In this document: positions 36,831-53,005 of the stretch, piece by piece
How the letters are laid out: each line of letters begins with the position of its first letter
Numbering within the stretch: the first letter of the stretch is position 1
NCBI GenBank assembly: GCA_965178125.1
Contig: OZ237752.1
Coordinates: 186,001-250,000, forward strand
DNA from: Bilabrum cf. latius
Taxonomy: Eukaryota
Length of the DNA: 64,000 bases
Direction: 5' to 3'
Made by a program: the position numbers and the translations under genes
The notes under the pieces: generated by a model
Databases searched by the model: none
What the model was told of the DNA's origin: nothing
What the model saw: the letters and a program-made list of their open reading frames with translations, nothing else

Positions 36831-39220
36831 TCAAGGGCAAGGGTTGCTCCCATAGCCCGCCTGACCCTGGCAACCAAACACACGAGCCAGCTGCTCGTGC
36901 AGCGCCTGCGTCGCGGCAGGGTTCGTCTGGTTCGTGCTGTAGAAGATGTTGTGCTTCTGGTACGGGTCTTGGTCCACGTCGTAGAGCTCGTTCCACTGCA
37001 CGCTGTCCCTGGAAGCGAAGGTCCAAGTGCAGTCGTACTCTGAGTACATGAGGTTATGCGTGCCGTTGCGGGTGCGGATGGCACGCCAGCAGTTGGTCTT
37101 CTCCGAGTCGATCCAGTAGTGCCGCTCTGGCTTGGCCTCCGTGGTGCCTGGCTAGTGCACGTCGTGGCCCTAGGGACACGACTTGCCCACCTGACCTACG
37201 GCGCGATCCACACTCGGCAGCGGCATGAGCTTCTCGCACGCCTCCCCGCACTCGCGGTACCACACGTCGTCGTGGTCCCACACCGCCGCGGGAGCCACGA
37301 ACGAATCAGACTGCAAACTGCTCGCGCCGCCGACCGCGCCGCAGCCGGACTCCCAGATGGAGCAGTGCGAGCTGTCGAAAGTGCCGACGGCTTTGTACGA
37401 AGACAGCACGGTGTCGCGCCAGGACGCACGCACGCCTGCCCTCTCCTGCTCGGACAGCGGCTGGTAGTGCGCGTTCGGCTCGGTCACCACTAAGGGCGCC
37501 AAGCTGTGGCCGTCCGCGTCCGCTGGGATGGACGCGCCGGCGAGGTCAAGGATGGTGGGCGTGATGTCGATGTTGCTGATCATGGCCTCCTCCTGCACGC
37601 CGGCCTTGATGCCGGGTCCAGCGATCGCACCGGGGATGCGCAGCACGTTGTCGTAGGGCTCAAGCTTCGAGCACGGCTTGTTGTATTCGCCGAGCATGAA
37701 ACCGTGGTCGCTCTGGTAGATGACTGCAACACACATAAAAAGAAAAGCAAGCGTAATGCTCCAAACATGGGCGGGCAAAGGATCGGCTACGACGACGCGG
37801 GAACACTTCACGGGGTGTACTGGTGCGGGTCATGATCACGATCGGCCGACTGAAAGACGAACGCAGATGAGGCACTGCCTGCGCGCTATAGTAGAACTTT
37901 CTCACTGTAGGTGTCTTCAAGTGCGCCGAGCTCTTCCAGCCTCCCGTAGATGGCGCGGATGGCGTCGTCCACCGGAACCAGCGACCGCAACCGGTCACGC
38001 ATGTGCTGGTCGATGGCGCCTTCCTGCCGACTATCAATGTACGGGTTGGTGCGCAGGAAACTGTGGTGCAGCGGCCCGCTGTAGTTGTAGCTCGGCAGTC
38101 TTGGCGCCGTCACGTCGTTGAAGTCGTCGGCCGTGTCCACGGAAGGTGTGGCCGGGTAGTGCGGGGCGTGGGGTCCCAGATACAGCAGCCACGGCTGCCG
38201 GGGCTCCCCCTCTGCCAGGCTCGACTCATCTGATGACTCGGCACCCTCGCCCCCCACGCCAGGCCCAGGACCCTTCCCGTACATGTAGTCCAGGAACTTG
38301 AGCGATGAGTTGCCGATGCGCCACGTCTGGTAGTTGGCCGGGTCCTTTGTGTCGATGTCCTCCAGCACTGTGGTGCCGTTGGGATATCCCACGATGTAAG
38401 GCGAGCCGTAGTAATCGTTGTAGTTCACGGGGGAGTTCACCCACGTCATGCCGGACCTGCGCTTCTCCTTCCCGAAGTACTTGGTTTGGTCGTTCGTGAC
38501 CTTGCCGAAGACTCCAGTCACGTAGCCGGCAGACTCCATGAGCGAAAAGAGGCTGCGGCTGGCATTGAAGACGTTGGCCTCGGCATTGACGTGCATGCAC
38601 GTGCCGTTTGGAGCCCCTATGTTCTGGTAATGGCGGCCCGTGAAGAGCTCGGTACGCGAAGGGCAACTGCGATGGTTCGCTCAGCAATTTGTCGAAAAGG
38701 AGGATAGCAGCTCGATCTGGGCCATTTTGTTTTTATTATGTGATGCAAGTCGCTTGCAGTGGCCTTCCATTGCATAGTTTCGAAATTAAAATGACAATAA
38801 AGGCCACAGAACTGTGGTGAGGGCTGCCCGATTGGGGACGGAATGGGACAAAAAAAACGGTGAACCCTCAACGGCAACGACAAATACTGTGCATTTTATA
38901 TCTCACCATACAGTAGTTGCAACATGGGCGTGTGTGAAGTTGTTCCCCTTCCGGAACAGATCAATGGTGCTAGGCATCGCCCGAAGGGAGTCGTACACCA
39001 AGTCCTGATCGTCAGTCTGCGCAGTACCACAAGCATATACATCTTGAGAATTATATTTACCCCGCGGCAGCATGGGAGCCTCTTGTTGTGCCCGAGCACG
39101 GGAGCAGTATCACGCCTCAACGAAGCCGTCTCTCACTAGCACGAGGACGAAGTTTGGCTTTGCAGAGACCATCGCGGTGCCAACGATTGCAACAGCAGCA
39201 ATCAGTAGAGCATAAAGCAT
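36831..39220 (-). CDS. Secreted/lysosomal formylglycine sulfatase, N-acetylglucosamine-6-sulfatase-like, copy 1 (~615 aa)
   Basis: Signal peptide, KPNFVLVL|TDDQD, C|CPSRTELFTGR, FGK, PHAPH, DTY|IIYQSDHG and ELYDVDQDPYQ. Introns 39017-39136, 38667-38906 and 37724-37905 all restore the frame. TAG at 37170 and 37152. Ends at TGA. Confidence 0.88.
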
Positions 39221-39517
39221 GCTGGTTTACTCAGGGCCACCTAGAAACAATTAAAATCGAGGATGTATGGCTCAGCTGTGATTTGGTTGAAGTGCACGCC
39301 ACAACCGTGAGATCACGATCCGATCATCGGCGATTGGGGGTTTTGCAACATGTCGAGGCCAAGTATGATATAAGATTGGAATGCAAGCACAACGAACGCT
39401 ACGCCATGCCAATTGGCAGCCTGCGCAAAAGAATGCGCGAGCGTTTGGGGCAGAGCCAAGCCCCACACTCCCTTCCCCCCCCTGGCACGCACCATCACAT
39501 CCAGCCAACCGAGATAA

Positions 39518-41939
39518 TCAAGGGCAAGGGTTGCTCCCATAGCCCGCCTGACCCTGGCAACCAAACACACGAGCCAGCTGCTCGTGCAGCGCCTGCGTCG
39601 CGGCAGGGTTCGTCTGGTTCGTGCTGTAGAATATGTTATGCTTCTGGTACGGGTCCTGGTCCACGTCGTAGAGCTCGTTCCACTGCACACTGTCCCTGGA
39701 AGCGAAGGTCCAAGTGCAGTCGTACTCTGAGTACATGAGGTTATGCGTGCCGTTGCGGGTGCGGATGGCACGCCAGCAGTTGGAGGTGGTTGAATCAACC
39801 CAGTAGTGGTCTTTGGGCTGGTCTGCGGGAGTGGCGGGCGGCTTAACGTTGTGGCCCTCTGGACAGGACTTGCCCACCTGACCCGCCACGCCGCTTGTCA
39901 CGGCTTGACCAGCAGTCGGCAGCGGCATGAGCTTCTCGCACGCCTCCCCGCACTCGCGGTACCACACGTCGTCGTGGTCCGCGTACACGCTTGGCGAGAC
40001 CATCCCAAGACCCGCGCCGCCGACCGCACCGCAGCCGGACTCCCAGATGGAGCAGTGCGAGCTGTCGTAGGTCCCCACGCTCTTGTACTATGAAAGCACG
40101 GTGTCGCGCCACGATGCACGCACGCCTGCCCTCTCCTGCTCGGACAGCGGCTGGTAGTGCGCGTTCGGCTCAGTCACCACCAAGGGCGCCAGGCTGTGGC
40201 CGTCCGCGTCCGCTGGGATGGACGCGCCGGCGAGGTCAAGGATGGTGGGCGTGATGTCGATGTTGCTGATCATGGCCTCCTCCTGCACGCCGGCCTTGAT
40301 GCCGGGTCCAGCGATCGCGCCGGGGATGCGCAGCACGTTGTCGTAGGGCTCCTGCTTGGAGCATGGCTTGTTGTACTCGCCCAGTGTGTATCCGTGGTCG
40401 CTCTGGTAGATGACTGCGACGGGCAGGAGAGAGAATATAATATGTCTGAGTCAATATTGCGTATAGGCGACACGCGCGGTCATCTTCTCGATGGAAGGAC
40501 AGGAGGGATTGACTGTAGGGCGCCTGTGCAGGCGAGACCGTTTCCTTCAACACGAGCATGCGTCACTACCGAGCGTCCCAACATGAAACACGCGATTTAA
40601 AACCTGATCCAAACGCACGCACGGTCACATTCAAAGCAAACTACGCTATCTATCTCACCATAGGTGTCTTCAGCCGCGCCGAGCTCTTCCAGCTTCCCGT
40701 AGATGGCGCGGATGGCGTCGTCCACAGGAACCAGCGACCGCAGCCGGTCACGCATGTGCTGGTCGATGGCGTCCTGTTCTCGCGTATCCACGTGTGGGTT
40801 GGTGTGGAGATAGCTGTGATGCAGCGGCCCAGTGTAGTTGTAGCTGGGGAACCGAGGGGCCGTCACGTCGTTGAAGTCGTCGGCCGTGTCCACGGAAGGT
40901 GTGGCCGGGTAGTGCGGGGCGTGGGGTCCCAGATACAGCAGCCACGGCTGCCGGGGCTCCCCCTCTGCCAGGCTCGACTCATCTGATGACTCGGCACCCT
41001 CGCCCCCCACGCCAGGCCCAGGACCCTTCCCGTACATGTAGTCCAGGAACTTGAGCGATGAGTTGCCGATGCGCCACGTCTGGTAGTTGGCCGGGTCCTT
41101 TGTGTCGATGTCCTCCAGCACTGTGGTGCCGTTGGGATATCCCACGATGTAAGGCGAGCCGTAGTAATCGTTGTAGTTCACGGGGGAGTTCACCCACGTC
41201 ATGCCGGACCTGCGCTTCTCCTTCCCGAAGTACTTGGTTTGGTCGTTCGTGACCTTGCCGAAGACTCCAGTCACGTAGCCGGCAGACTCCATGAGCGAGA
41301 AGAGGCTGCGGCTGGCATTGAATACGTTGGCCTCGGCATTGACGTGCATGCACGTGCCGTTTGGAGCCCCTATGTTCTGGTAGTTGCGGCCCGTGAAGAG
41401 CTCGGTGCGCGAAGGGCAACTGCGTCGTGCCAAGCGACATTTCGAAGGAATTCGAAAAGAAAATGAAATAAAGCGGCCTGTCCATCGAGATTAGGTTAAA
41501 ACACGAGCAATTCAAGGTCAACAGGAACCAGGGATCTGTGCCAAATCGTAGTGGTCGAATTTTCCTCAGTGTCCGGGCTTCTCACCAAATTGTGGTGGCA
41601 ACATGCGAATGGGTCAGGTTGTACCCTCCTCTAAAGAGTTTATCCGTTGTGTACGGCATAGCCCGCATAGAATCGAACACGACGTCCTGGTCGTCGGTCT
41701 GCTCAGATATGAAGGATAGAAGGAGGAAACAGAACTATGATGCGCAGCCATACTTGCAACGATAAGAAACTAAGCGATATAATATCAGTCAGCCTGAAAA
41801 TCAGAACGAATCAAGCTGGAAGTTGAACTTGAGGCTGTCTTGCATGCCGTCTCACGAGCACTAGGACGAAGTTAGGCTTGCTGGCTGCCAAACACACGCT
41901 TGCAGCTACGGCAGCAATGACAACTTTGACCGTATTCAT
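39518..41939 (-). CDS. N-acetylglucosamine-6-sulfatase-like sulfatase, copy 2 (~617 aa)
   Basis: Same motifs and same three intron positions as copy 1 (41699-41855, 41420-41585, 40414-40658). TAG at 40088. Ends at TGA. Confidence 0.88.
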
Positions 41940-42123
41940 TGCGAAAAAGACAGCGTGGATGTGTACCTTGCGATCCTCAGTGGTCCTCGCGTATTCGGGA
42001 CGGAAAGTTGAGTGGCGCGCAGTTGGCTTGGCGTTCGACGGCAGCGCGGCGCCGCAACTGTTCCGCTGTTGCTGAGCAGGGCAACCGCGGTGCGGGAGAA
42101 CAAGAGCCAACAACGCGTTCACT

Positions 42124-44865
<2,742 letters not shown>

Positions 44866-45078
44866 GCAAAGGCCAGATACAGCGATAAAAGGTATAAAAT
44901 CAAGCTATTGGCCCTCCCCTCGGGGAGGTTTTGCAGCAGCAGACTGTCCTGGTCCAATGCAATCGACCTCCACGTCACGCACAGCAGTGTGACGACCAAC
45001 CGCGGAGACCACCAGCACAATGCACAAGCGTGGTATGCGTGCACGCACACGGCCACTCGGCGTGACATTTACCAGCTC

Positions 45079-46613
45079 TCACGCACTGACATGCTCCTCT
45101 GCATGCAGCGACACTGGCGGGGACCATGGCCCGAGCGACCCCCCGAAGCCACCCCCCGCCACACGGAACGAGTCGCCCGCTCCTGTGCCCCCTGGCAGCG
45201 GGATGGGGTCTCCGTTGTCCGTCACGCACTGGTCACACAATGTGCTCCACTCTCCGGGGCTGGCCGCAGGTGCCCTCTGCACAGTGTAGTTCCATGCCAG
45301 GGTGGCGCCCCGCCATGCCAGTCCCGAGGCGTTCAGCTGCGTGATCAAGGGAGCCCCGGCGACCGCGGGCCACGTCCCCGGGCCGGGAGCCGCCGCCCCT
45401 TTCATCCGGAACGCGAAATCCCGCACCTGTCGCACGCCCACCCTCATCGATTCCGAGTCCCCCGGGTAGTGCATCGTGTAGTGGTCGCCGTGTGGTACGA
45501 ACCCGTGCGAGTCAGCGTGAGGAAAGAAGGACCAGAAATTGGCCGCGAAGAGGGCTGGAGATGCGGCCTGATCGGCGGCAGCTCCCCGCAGAAGCGGCCC
45601 CTCTCCACCCTCAAGGGCCCATTTCGTGCCAGACTCGGATGTGCCTGTGCCCGACAGCGCTGCATCCAGGAAGGCAGTGAGGTTGCCCTTGTCCCAGCCG
45701 AACTCGCCCGCGAGAAATGCCTTGCCGATGCGTGTGGCGGTGTCGATGGAGCCCTGCATCTTGGAGGGGCTCATGGGGTAGTAGTGCTGGCTCACGATGT
45801 CTACCGTCGGGATGTCCTTCACGGCCTCCTGTACGCCGTTCGTGCCGTCCACGGTGAGAACAGTGGGGGAAATCGACTTGATGAAGGCCGTGATGTTGGC
45901 GGTCCATGCCGACGGCGGACTGATTTCGTTCCCGGTCTCGAAGGCGAGAACCGTAGGATCTAGGCCGTACGGGGTTCCCGTGTACTTGTTCTTGTGAGTA
46001 AGCAGCTGGTGGATGTAGTTTTTGAAGTCGCCGATCACAAGAGGATCCGTGTAGAAAGCACTCTCGGGCACGTTCCTCCAGGACGAAAATACCCCTGCGC
46101 AATCGTGGTTTTGATATTGGAGAAAATGATAAGATGATCACGCCTTGCAGCAGCTTCGCAAGCTTGTAGAAGTACATCATGATACCACAACAGCAACTCA
46201 CACTTGCCCCCGTGGTAGTAGTGCCAATTATCCACTAAAGGAACTATAAGCTTGATTCCAAGCTATCCGGCACGCCAGACGGAATAGTCTATGGTGTCAA
46301 GAGCCTCAGGATTGAACTTGTTGAGCGCTGTTTCGAAAGACAAGGGGTTGCCAACGCTAATCCCAAGCGTGTGGGACCTCACGACCCCAATACCCATACC
46401 TGCCAACGTCTATAGCGCGTCATCAATTCTAAACTTGGTTGGGTAAGCGATGCCTCCTTCATTTTCGTCTAGTCCTAGCCAGTAAGCGTTTGCGCCGCCT
46501 CGCCGGAAGGCTTCGCCCTTGAACTGCAACTGCGTGCCTTCGCGCGACACTCGCTCGCTTTCTGCGAGTCCAGTGGCAGCGAGTGAAATGAGTATCCCGG
46601 CTATAGCTAGCAT
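45079..46613 (-). CDS. Secreted GH5 endo-beta-mannanase-like glycoside hydrolase (~475 aa, intron 46095-46201)
   Basis: Signal peptide, GANAYWLGLDEN, VRSHTLGISVGNPLS, LVDNWHYYHGGK, LAFETGNE (acid/base), SQHYYP, LAGEFGW (nucleophile) and FWS. TAGs at 46410 and 46263. Ends at TGA. Confidence 0.88.
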
Positions 46614-46855
46614 AACTCGGACAGTGCACGGAAGACCCAGTAATGTTGCAGTCGTGTATCTGCACTGATCTGCGGCACTATGCAGCATCGTCACAGCTCG
46701 CGTGGGTTGTGGTTCTTTGTCAAATGCCGTGACGCAGACCAAGCACTATAGAAAACAACGGGAAACCAAATTTCTTTTTCACTAGCCTGCCCCCGCAGAT
46801 GCAACCCGGATGTTCGACTGCGACAAGAAGCGAACACGCGCTTGCTGCTGAATGA

Positions 46856-48816
46856 TCAAGCAAGCATGCTCGCTTCATCCGGGTGCTCGCAATACCCCTT
46901 GAACGTCGGGTTCGCCGCCAGGCACGACTTAGATGCGCAAATATCCTCCGGCTTCCAGTTCTCCGGCGAGATCGTGCAGTTCGGGTGCTGCGGGTACTTG
47001 GACTTGGAGTCCGGGTCCGCGCACACGGCTGCCCACGAGGCGCTCCCCCTCCCGTTCTGATCCACCACATTGGGATCGATGCTGGCGAGGTGCTCCTCCC
47101 TCGCCCTGTAGATCCTGTCCATGGCCTCCTGGTACTCCTGGCTCGAGGGATCGATCGGGCTGTCCTCGCCCCCGTCCACGTCCAGGTTGAACAGCAGCGG
47201 GGGGTCCTGCCTGCCCCCCTTGTGGGGACGCGGGGGATCCTCTCCGTACGTGAACCAGTACGCTTTGTGCACGCCGGACTGCACCGCGAACAGCTCGCCC
47301 GATGCGTTGCTGGCCTGCGCCGCATGGTAGAAGAAGAAGCTCTCGTGACCCACAGTGTCGGTGCCGGCCACCACGGGCGCCAGGTTGATGCCGTCGTACA
47401 CCATGCCGGGCCGCAGGGGGAGGCCCGCCTGTTTCATGAGCGTCACGTGTATGTCCATCGTGGACACGATGGCCTCGCTCGCGGATCCAGGGGTGGCCAA
47501 ACCCGGCCACCGGATGATTCCGGGCTCCTTGAACCCCCCCGACCACACCTGGGTCTTGTAGCCGCGAAGGGGAGCATTGCCGTGCACGTCCCCTCCCTTG
47601 GGAGCTCCGTTGTCGCTGGTGAACTGCGAAGGACACGGCTATGTACGGGTTAGGTTTGAGGCGCAATAGGCCACAAAGAAAAATCGAAAAGCACGGCAAG
47701 GCGCGATAGCGATAGTACTCGAGCCACTCGGGACTGCTGCATGGCTAGGGCCCACATTGCATGGCAACAGCATGTTGCACAATGTGGTGCGCATGCAGCA
47801 CAGGCCCGATCTCGACAAGATCACTCTTCTCACGATAACGATGGTGTCATTGTACGCTCCAGTCTCCTCCACCGCCCTGAGGATCTGACCGATGGAGTCG
47901 TCCACTTCCTGCAGAGCATCACCGATGGGGCCCCTATTCGAGGTTCCGCACCACCTCGGGGAGCAGCTGTTCGGCCCATGCACGTGATTGAAGCTTGCAT
48001 ACAGATACCATGGCTCTCCGCTCGCCTGCCCGTTCCGGATGAACTCCACGGACTGGTTCGCGTAGGCCTGGTTGAGGTGGTCCAGGCCGGCTGGCTGCTC
48101 GATGACCGTATCGTTCGCGAACAGCGGCAGCGGCAACCCCTAGAACTCGGGATTACGTGCTTTAGGGGTCCAAAATGACAACCCCATGTCCTGGCTTGCG
48201 GGAAGTCCGTAGTACATGTCAAAGCCGCGGCTGAAGGGCATGTATTCAGGCCTTTGGCCCAGGTGCCACTTGCCGATCATACCTGTGCGGTACCCAGCTC
48301 GCTTCAGCTCCTCCGCCGTGGTTGGCACATCAAGCGGCTATCCGCCAATAGCCTCTGCGGAAAGAACCATGTTGCACGTGGGCGCACCCGGCGCATCTGG
48401 ATCGTACGTGCAGGGCTCTGTGCCGATGCCGTTTCGAATCGAGTACCGGGACGACATCATCGAGCTGCGCGACGGACTGCACACGTGAAACGACGAGTAC
48501 CATGTCCTGAACAGCATGCCTTCGCTGCGCAGCTTGGCGACGTTGGGAGTAGCGACGGTGCCGTTGTCGCCCGTGTATCCCTCGAAGTGTGCTGGTTTGT
48601 CTACCTTGAACTGGTTGATGCCGGCATCGTCGACGAATAGCCTGCGGGATCCGCAATAAATTGGTGCATGTCTACGTGGCGCATGCCAACAGCGTGGCTA
48701 TATAGCCAATTCAATGATCCACACAACCACGGATCTCACACAAGGAAATTTGGAGATTTTGCAGCAAGTGCTGCGGCTGTCGCAGCAGCCAGAACTACAA
48801 TAGGAGTCAAAAACAT
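46856..48816 (-). CDS. Arylsulfatase (ARSA/ARSG-like) formylglycine sulfatase (~550 aa)
   Basis: Signal peptide, SPNFLV|LFVDD, TPNV, CSPSRSSMMSSRY, GKWHLG, DTIVI|FTSDNG, GYK...WSGG and PLLFNL. Introns 48642-48739 and 47624-47833. TAGs at 48338 and 48140. Ends at TGA. Confidence 0.9.
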
Positions 48817-51800
48817 GGGAGAGAATTTCCTCCGACGAGGGAATCGGTGATGTGGGTGTATTTTTTGCGACAGAAGGGTTGCGTAGTGCGCCATTCCACT
48901 GGCGAAGTACGGTCACGGTGTGCTCGAAATCTGGTATACTGGCCCATCCGAGAGCAGAGTAATGCATCTAATTCAGTTTTACACAGACAGACAGTAATGC
49001 ATTTTTTGGCTGGCCGCCCTTGGCAAGCCCCCTGGCCAGCACGCCACGCCCAGGCCGCCTTACTAGTAGCCACTGCAAGCTCGGTCGACGCAAGGTGTCG
49101 CGAACGAGCATGCAAGCAGTCATGCAAACTGCACCTCACCGCAGCACGCACCAACGGTGAAGGGGGCAACGAGCGCCAAGGCCACACATCACTGTTCACG
49201 ACTTGCTACCGCCAGCAGCCGCAGCGAAGAACGCGCCCCAACCGGACGCTCCAGATCCAGCGCTTTGCGCACCACCTGTCGCAGTAGATGACGCCGCCCC
49301 ACTGCCAGTGGCGGCACCCGCTGCAGATTTCGGCCGCCCCGGCGGGGGCAGCCCGCACAGCACCGAAAAGGGCTGCCGCTCGAACCTAGGGTCCCGCAGC
49401 ATCAGCTTCGCGTCACCCAGCCCGCAGAACAGGGCCCCCAGAAGGTCGCACCCCTTGCCCAGCTGCACGTCGAGCACAGTTCCGGTCTGCCGAGAGGCGT
49501 AGAGCACCCGGGAGGGTCCCGCCGTGTAGGCCCGCATGGTCTCAACAATCCCGGCGAGCAGCTGCCGGGTCCTCCCTGTTCCCCAGGGAACAAACATGAG
49601 CGGGATGGAGCGCGCACAGGGCCAGCAGCTCGCGATCCGCTCCCGTAGCCCCGCGCCGGCCGCAGCCCCCGCGTCCACCGCGCTCCCCTCGTCCTCCTGG
49701 GAGGCGATGTTCCCCAGCACAGCGCTCCCGTCGGGGTGCAGGGGCAGGATCGGCCTCCCGGTGAGGAAGCTCGCCATCCCTGCCGCCAGCACCCGCAGCA
49801 GGTCCCGCAGCCTTTCCGGCTCCGAGTCCGGGGGCAGGTCCGCGCTCCCCGCCGCGGCCCGCATCCACGCCCCGCCCAGATGCTCGGCGGCCCAGTCCTC
49901 GCAGAGGGCCAGCAGCCTGGGAACGGGGATGCTGCAATGCTCGTGCTCTTCCTGCGATGCCTTGCTTGCACTTGCATCTGCAAGGACATCGTGATGATCG
50001 GCGTCGTTTCCGCCGTCTTGAGTCCGAACAATCGCGGCAAATGCCCGGATCTGAGAGGCGCACGCCCGTGAGACCACCCGGCTCGTGGAGAGGAGCGGCG
50101 CGGGCACTGTGGCGTCGCCCCGGATGGTGCCATTCAGCCTGAGCCTGCGGAGCCACGCCAGCGCCTGCTCAACACTCGTCACACCTCCATCGATCGTCGT
50201 CACACCGTCAGGGGGCGGCAGTCCCATGGCGAGCCGCACGATGCGCGCGAGCGCCTCGGTGCCCCCTGCGGTGAGCCTGCCGCCGCACGAAGCCTCCAGC
50301 TCCTCCAGAGCCGGGTGGGAATGATCCGATCCTTGATCCGATCCTGCCACACCCTCGAGCTCCATCAGCCCCGCGAGACAGACGTCTCCGTGGATGCACG
50401 CTCTCACGTCTGCCAGCTGGACCAGCTCCACCTCATCCAACTCGTCCACCGGTGACGACGGTGATGGTGATGCAGCACCTGGCGCAGCAGCCTCTGGCTC
50501 GGCGCGCCCCGCGCTGCCTCTAGCTGACACCCCTTCGGCCGTCTCATCCATGCCTCTGGCGCTGCCGCTCTCCTCTCGGACACGCGCATCCAGGGGATTC
50601 GCTGCTGCTGCTGCTGCTGCTGCTGCGTGCCCCCTTCGACGGAGGCACGAACCGCCACTGACATCGCCCTCGCCCTTGTTCCTTGCTGTCGCGGCGCTAT
50701 CAATCGGCTCGAGGGGAACAACGACCGTCCTACGGCTACGACTGGTTCCACCGCCAACGCCACCCTCACCCCCACGCTTGCCCCCATCCTCATCCTCATC
50801 CTCATCCTCATCCTCATCCTCATCCTCATCCTCGCCTGCATCGCCACCAGCACCAATCGAGTCCGCCCTAACGCCCGCCAGCAGCGCCGCCCTCAGTCGA
50901 GCCACACCAGGCAGCACCGGCGTGTTTCCGTCCTGCTGCACCTCCCGTTCCTCGTCCTCGCGCGCGCCTATGCCCCCAGCCCCCGCTCCATCTTCATCTT
51001 CATCTCCTGCGATGGGCACCAGCCCCTCCAGCCCTCCCCTGCCTCCCAATCGGATCACCATGTGACTCAGGATGGACCCTCGGGGCCGCTGGCCCTCATC
51101 GAGGGGGGGCTGGGGCACTGGCACCGCCGTGCCGCCGTACGACGCCGCGCGCACCTCGAAGCTCGGCGCCGCGCACTCAGCGGAACCTCCTCCGCGCTTC
51201 GAGTCGTGCTGCGCCTCGTCGTGCTGCAGCTGGCTGGTGACCAGCATGAGCTTGCCCAGCAGGGACGCTGCCTTGAGCACCTTGACTTGGGACTGGGCCT
51301 GCCTCCGGGCGAACGTCATCGGGGTGGAGCTGCCATCTGGGGCGGTGTGGGCGGTGTGGGCGGTGTAGGCGGTGTAGGCGGTGTGGGCGGTGTGGGCGGT
51401 GTGGGCGGCACCCGCCGAGGCGGAGGCGGCTGTTGCCAGGGAGCCGCTGTCTGCGGTTGCAACCGGATCGTGAGGCGGTGGCAGGCACAGGTAGAAGACC
51501 GAGTCGATGTCTTTGCCCAGCGGCCGCTTCATGCGCGCGATGGGGTGGGCTCGCCGGCCTGCAGGGGGGGGCACGTCGGGCGGGGACTGACGCGCCCAGC
51601 CGTGGCCGATCCCGTCGGGGCGAAGTGCCATTGCCTCAGCAGCTTGTATCGCTAGCTCTCCTCGGGATCTGTTTTTCGTCTGCAAGATCCTGAGGCTGAG
51701 GGCACCCCTGTCGGTCGAGGGGTCCGGAAGCAGCTGGGCGAGCTGGACGGATGGAACAGGGGTCTAGGTATCATTTTGTCTTGCTGTGCCCCGGATACCA

Positions 51801-52355
51801 CTCCCCTCTCCCCCAAGTTTGCCAGTGTATGAGGCTGCTGGAAATAAAGTTCAAAATTCAATTTGGCAATTTTGATCGCCAGTGGTCAATTTTCTTTTTT
51901 TCAGATCAGTTTTCAACCAGGCGCCATTCAGGTCGCCGTTCTCCAGGGGCATGCTGTCGATATCCACTTGCGCCACAGCTATGAGATCGGATACACTCCT
52001 CGAGTCCATGCATTCCAAACTGCTCGCGGACACGGCGAGGCGTTTTAGACGCCCGAGCAGCATTCCGTCCCCACTTGCCTCAACATGTTCCAGAACCAAT
52101 GCAAAGGGAAGAAAAGTAGCTTTTGCGCGGCCCATTTTATATGGATACCTGTATGGGGTAGAAGAGAATGTATCACACTCGTTTCCTCGTTTAGGCAGCT
52201 GGTAGCGACGCGTTCTTGCAAAAAAACCTTGCGGCAACTTACCAAACATGATCGCCAACGCAGTGAGAAGCTTCCAAAAGATTGATTCTCCGATTATTGT
52301 CGACACAATTGATAATAACGATAAACATATGTACACTAGCACCAGCATCTCGTCC
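47441..52355. repeat. Tandem segmental duplication, unit A
   Basis: Colinear, high-identity match to 53006-57770 (offset about 5.4-5.6 kb). It covers the 5' part of the arylsulfatase, the intergenic region and the hypothetical gene. Confidence 0.92.
49196..52348 (-). CDS. Hypothetical protein, copy A (5' end uncertain; an AT-rich insert at ~51834-51910 carries an in-frame TGA)
   Basis: The 829-aa ORF extends upstream through TAG 51764 to 51850. The same frame resumes above the insert up to ATG 52348. Conserved with copy B; no family recognised. Confidence 0.55.
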
Positions 52356-53005
52356 TTGCGCACAGTGCAGATGCTGCGAACCTTTTGAGGCAATACGCCG
52401 GAACCGTCCGTAGATCCGGGATAACGTATTGAGATAATCACACACAACAATACTTATCGCCGGAACCGCACCTAGTCTGAATTTGTATTGATGCCAGAGT
52501 GTACGCGCAACCTAGTCTCGTTAACAATCAGACATGGCAAGACCTGACAAAGCTGTGCCTGTGCGCGACCCTTGACCGGACTGACCGGGCTGGGAAGAGC
52601 ACGTGCACTACTCCACCGAGGAGGAGGGGGTTGGGAGGGTGGGCAAAAAATACCCAATCTCCGCCCCTCTCCTGAACACAGAGAGGGTATGCGCGTCATC
52701 GCAAGCAATCCGTTGGCTTGGTCGCACCTTCCGGTCGCAACCGCCCAGTTACTCATCTTATATGATACAAAACAACGGCATGAGCCGGAACGGCCATTGC
52801 CGCGCTGCCCCGCCCCCTTCCCAAACAAGGAAGGAGACGAGGGAATGCCTCGCAAGCTGCTGGTCGCACTGGCGGTTGCAACCTCGCGCTGGTAGACCGG
52901 AGCCTGTGTTCGAGTCTCGAACGCATCGCCACATCAACCCCGAACCCCATTCGGCGTTAGCATTATAAAAGACCTTCTGAATGCTGCACAGTGTGAAATT
53001 CTTGT

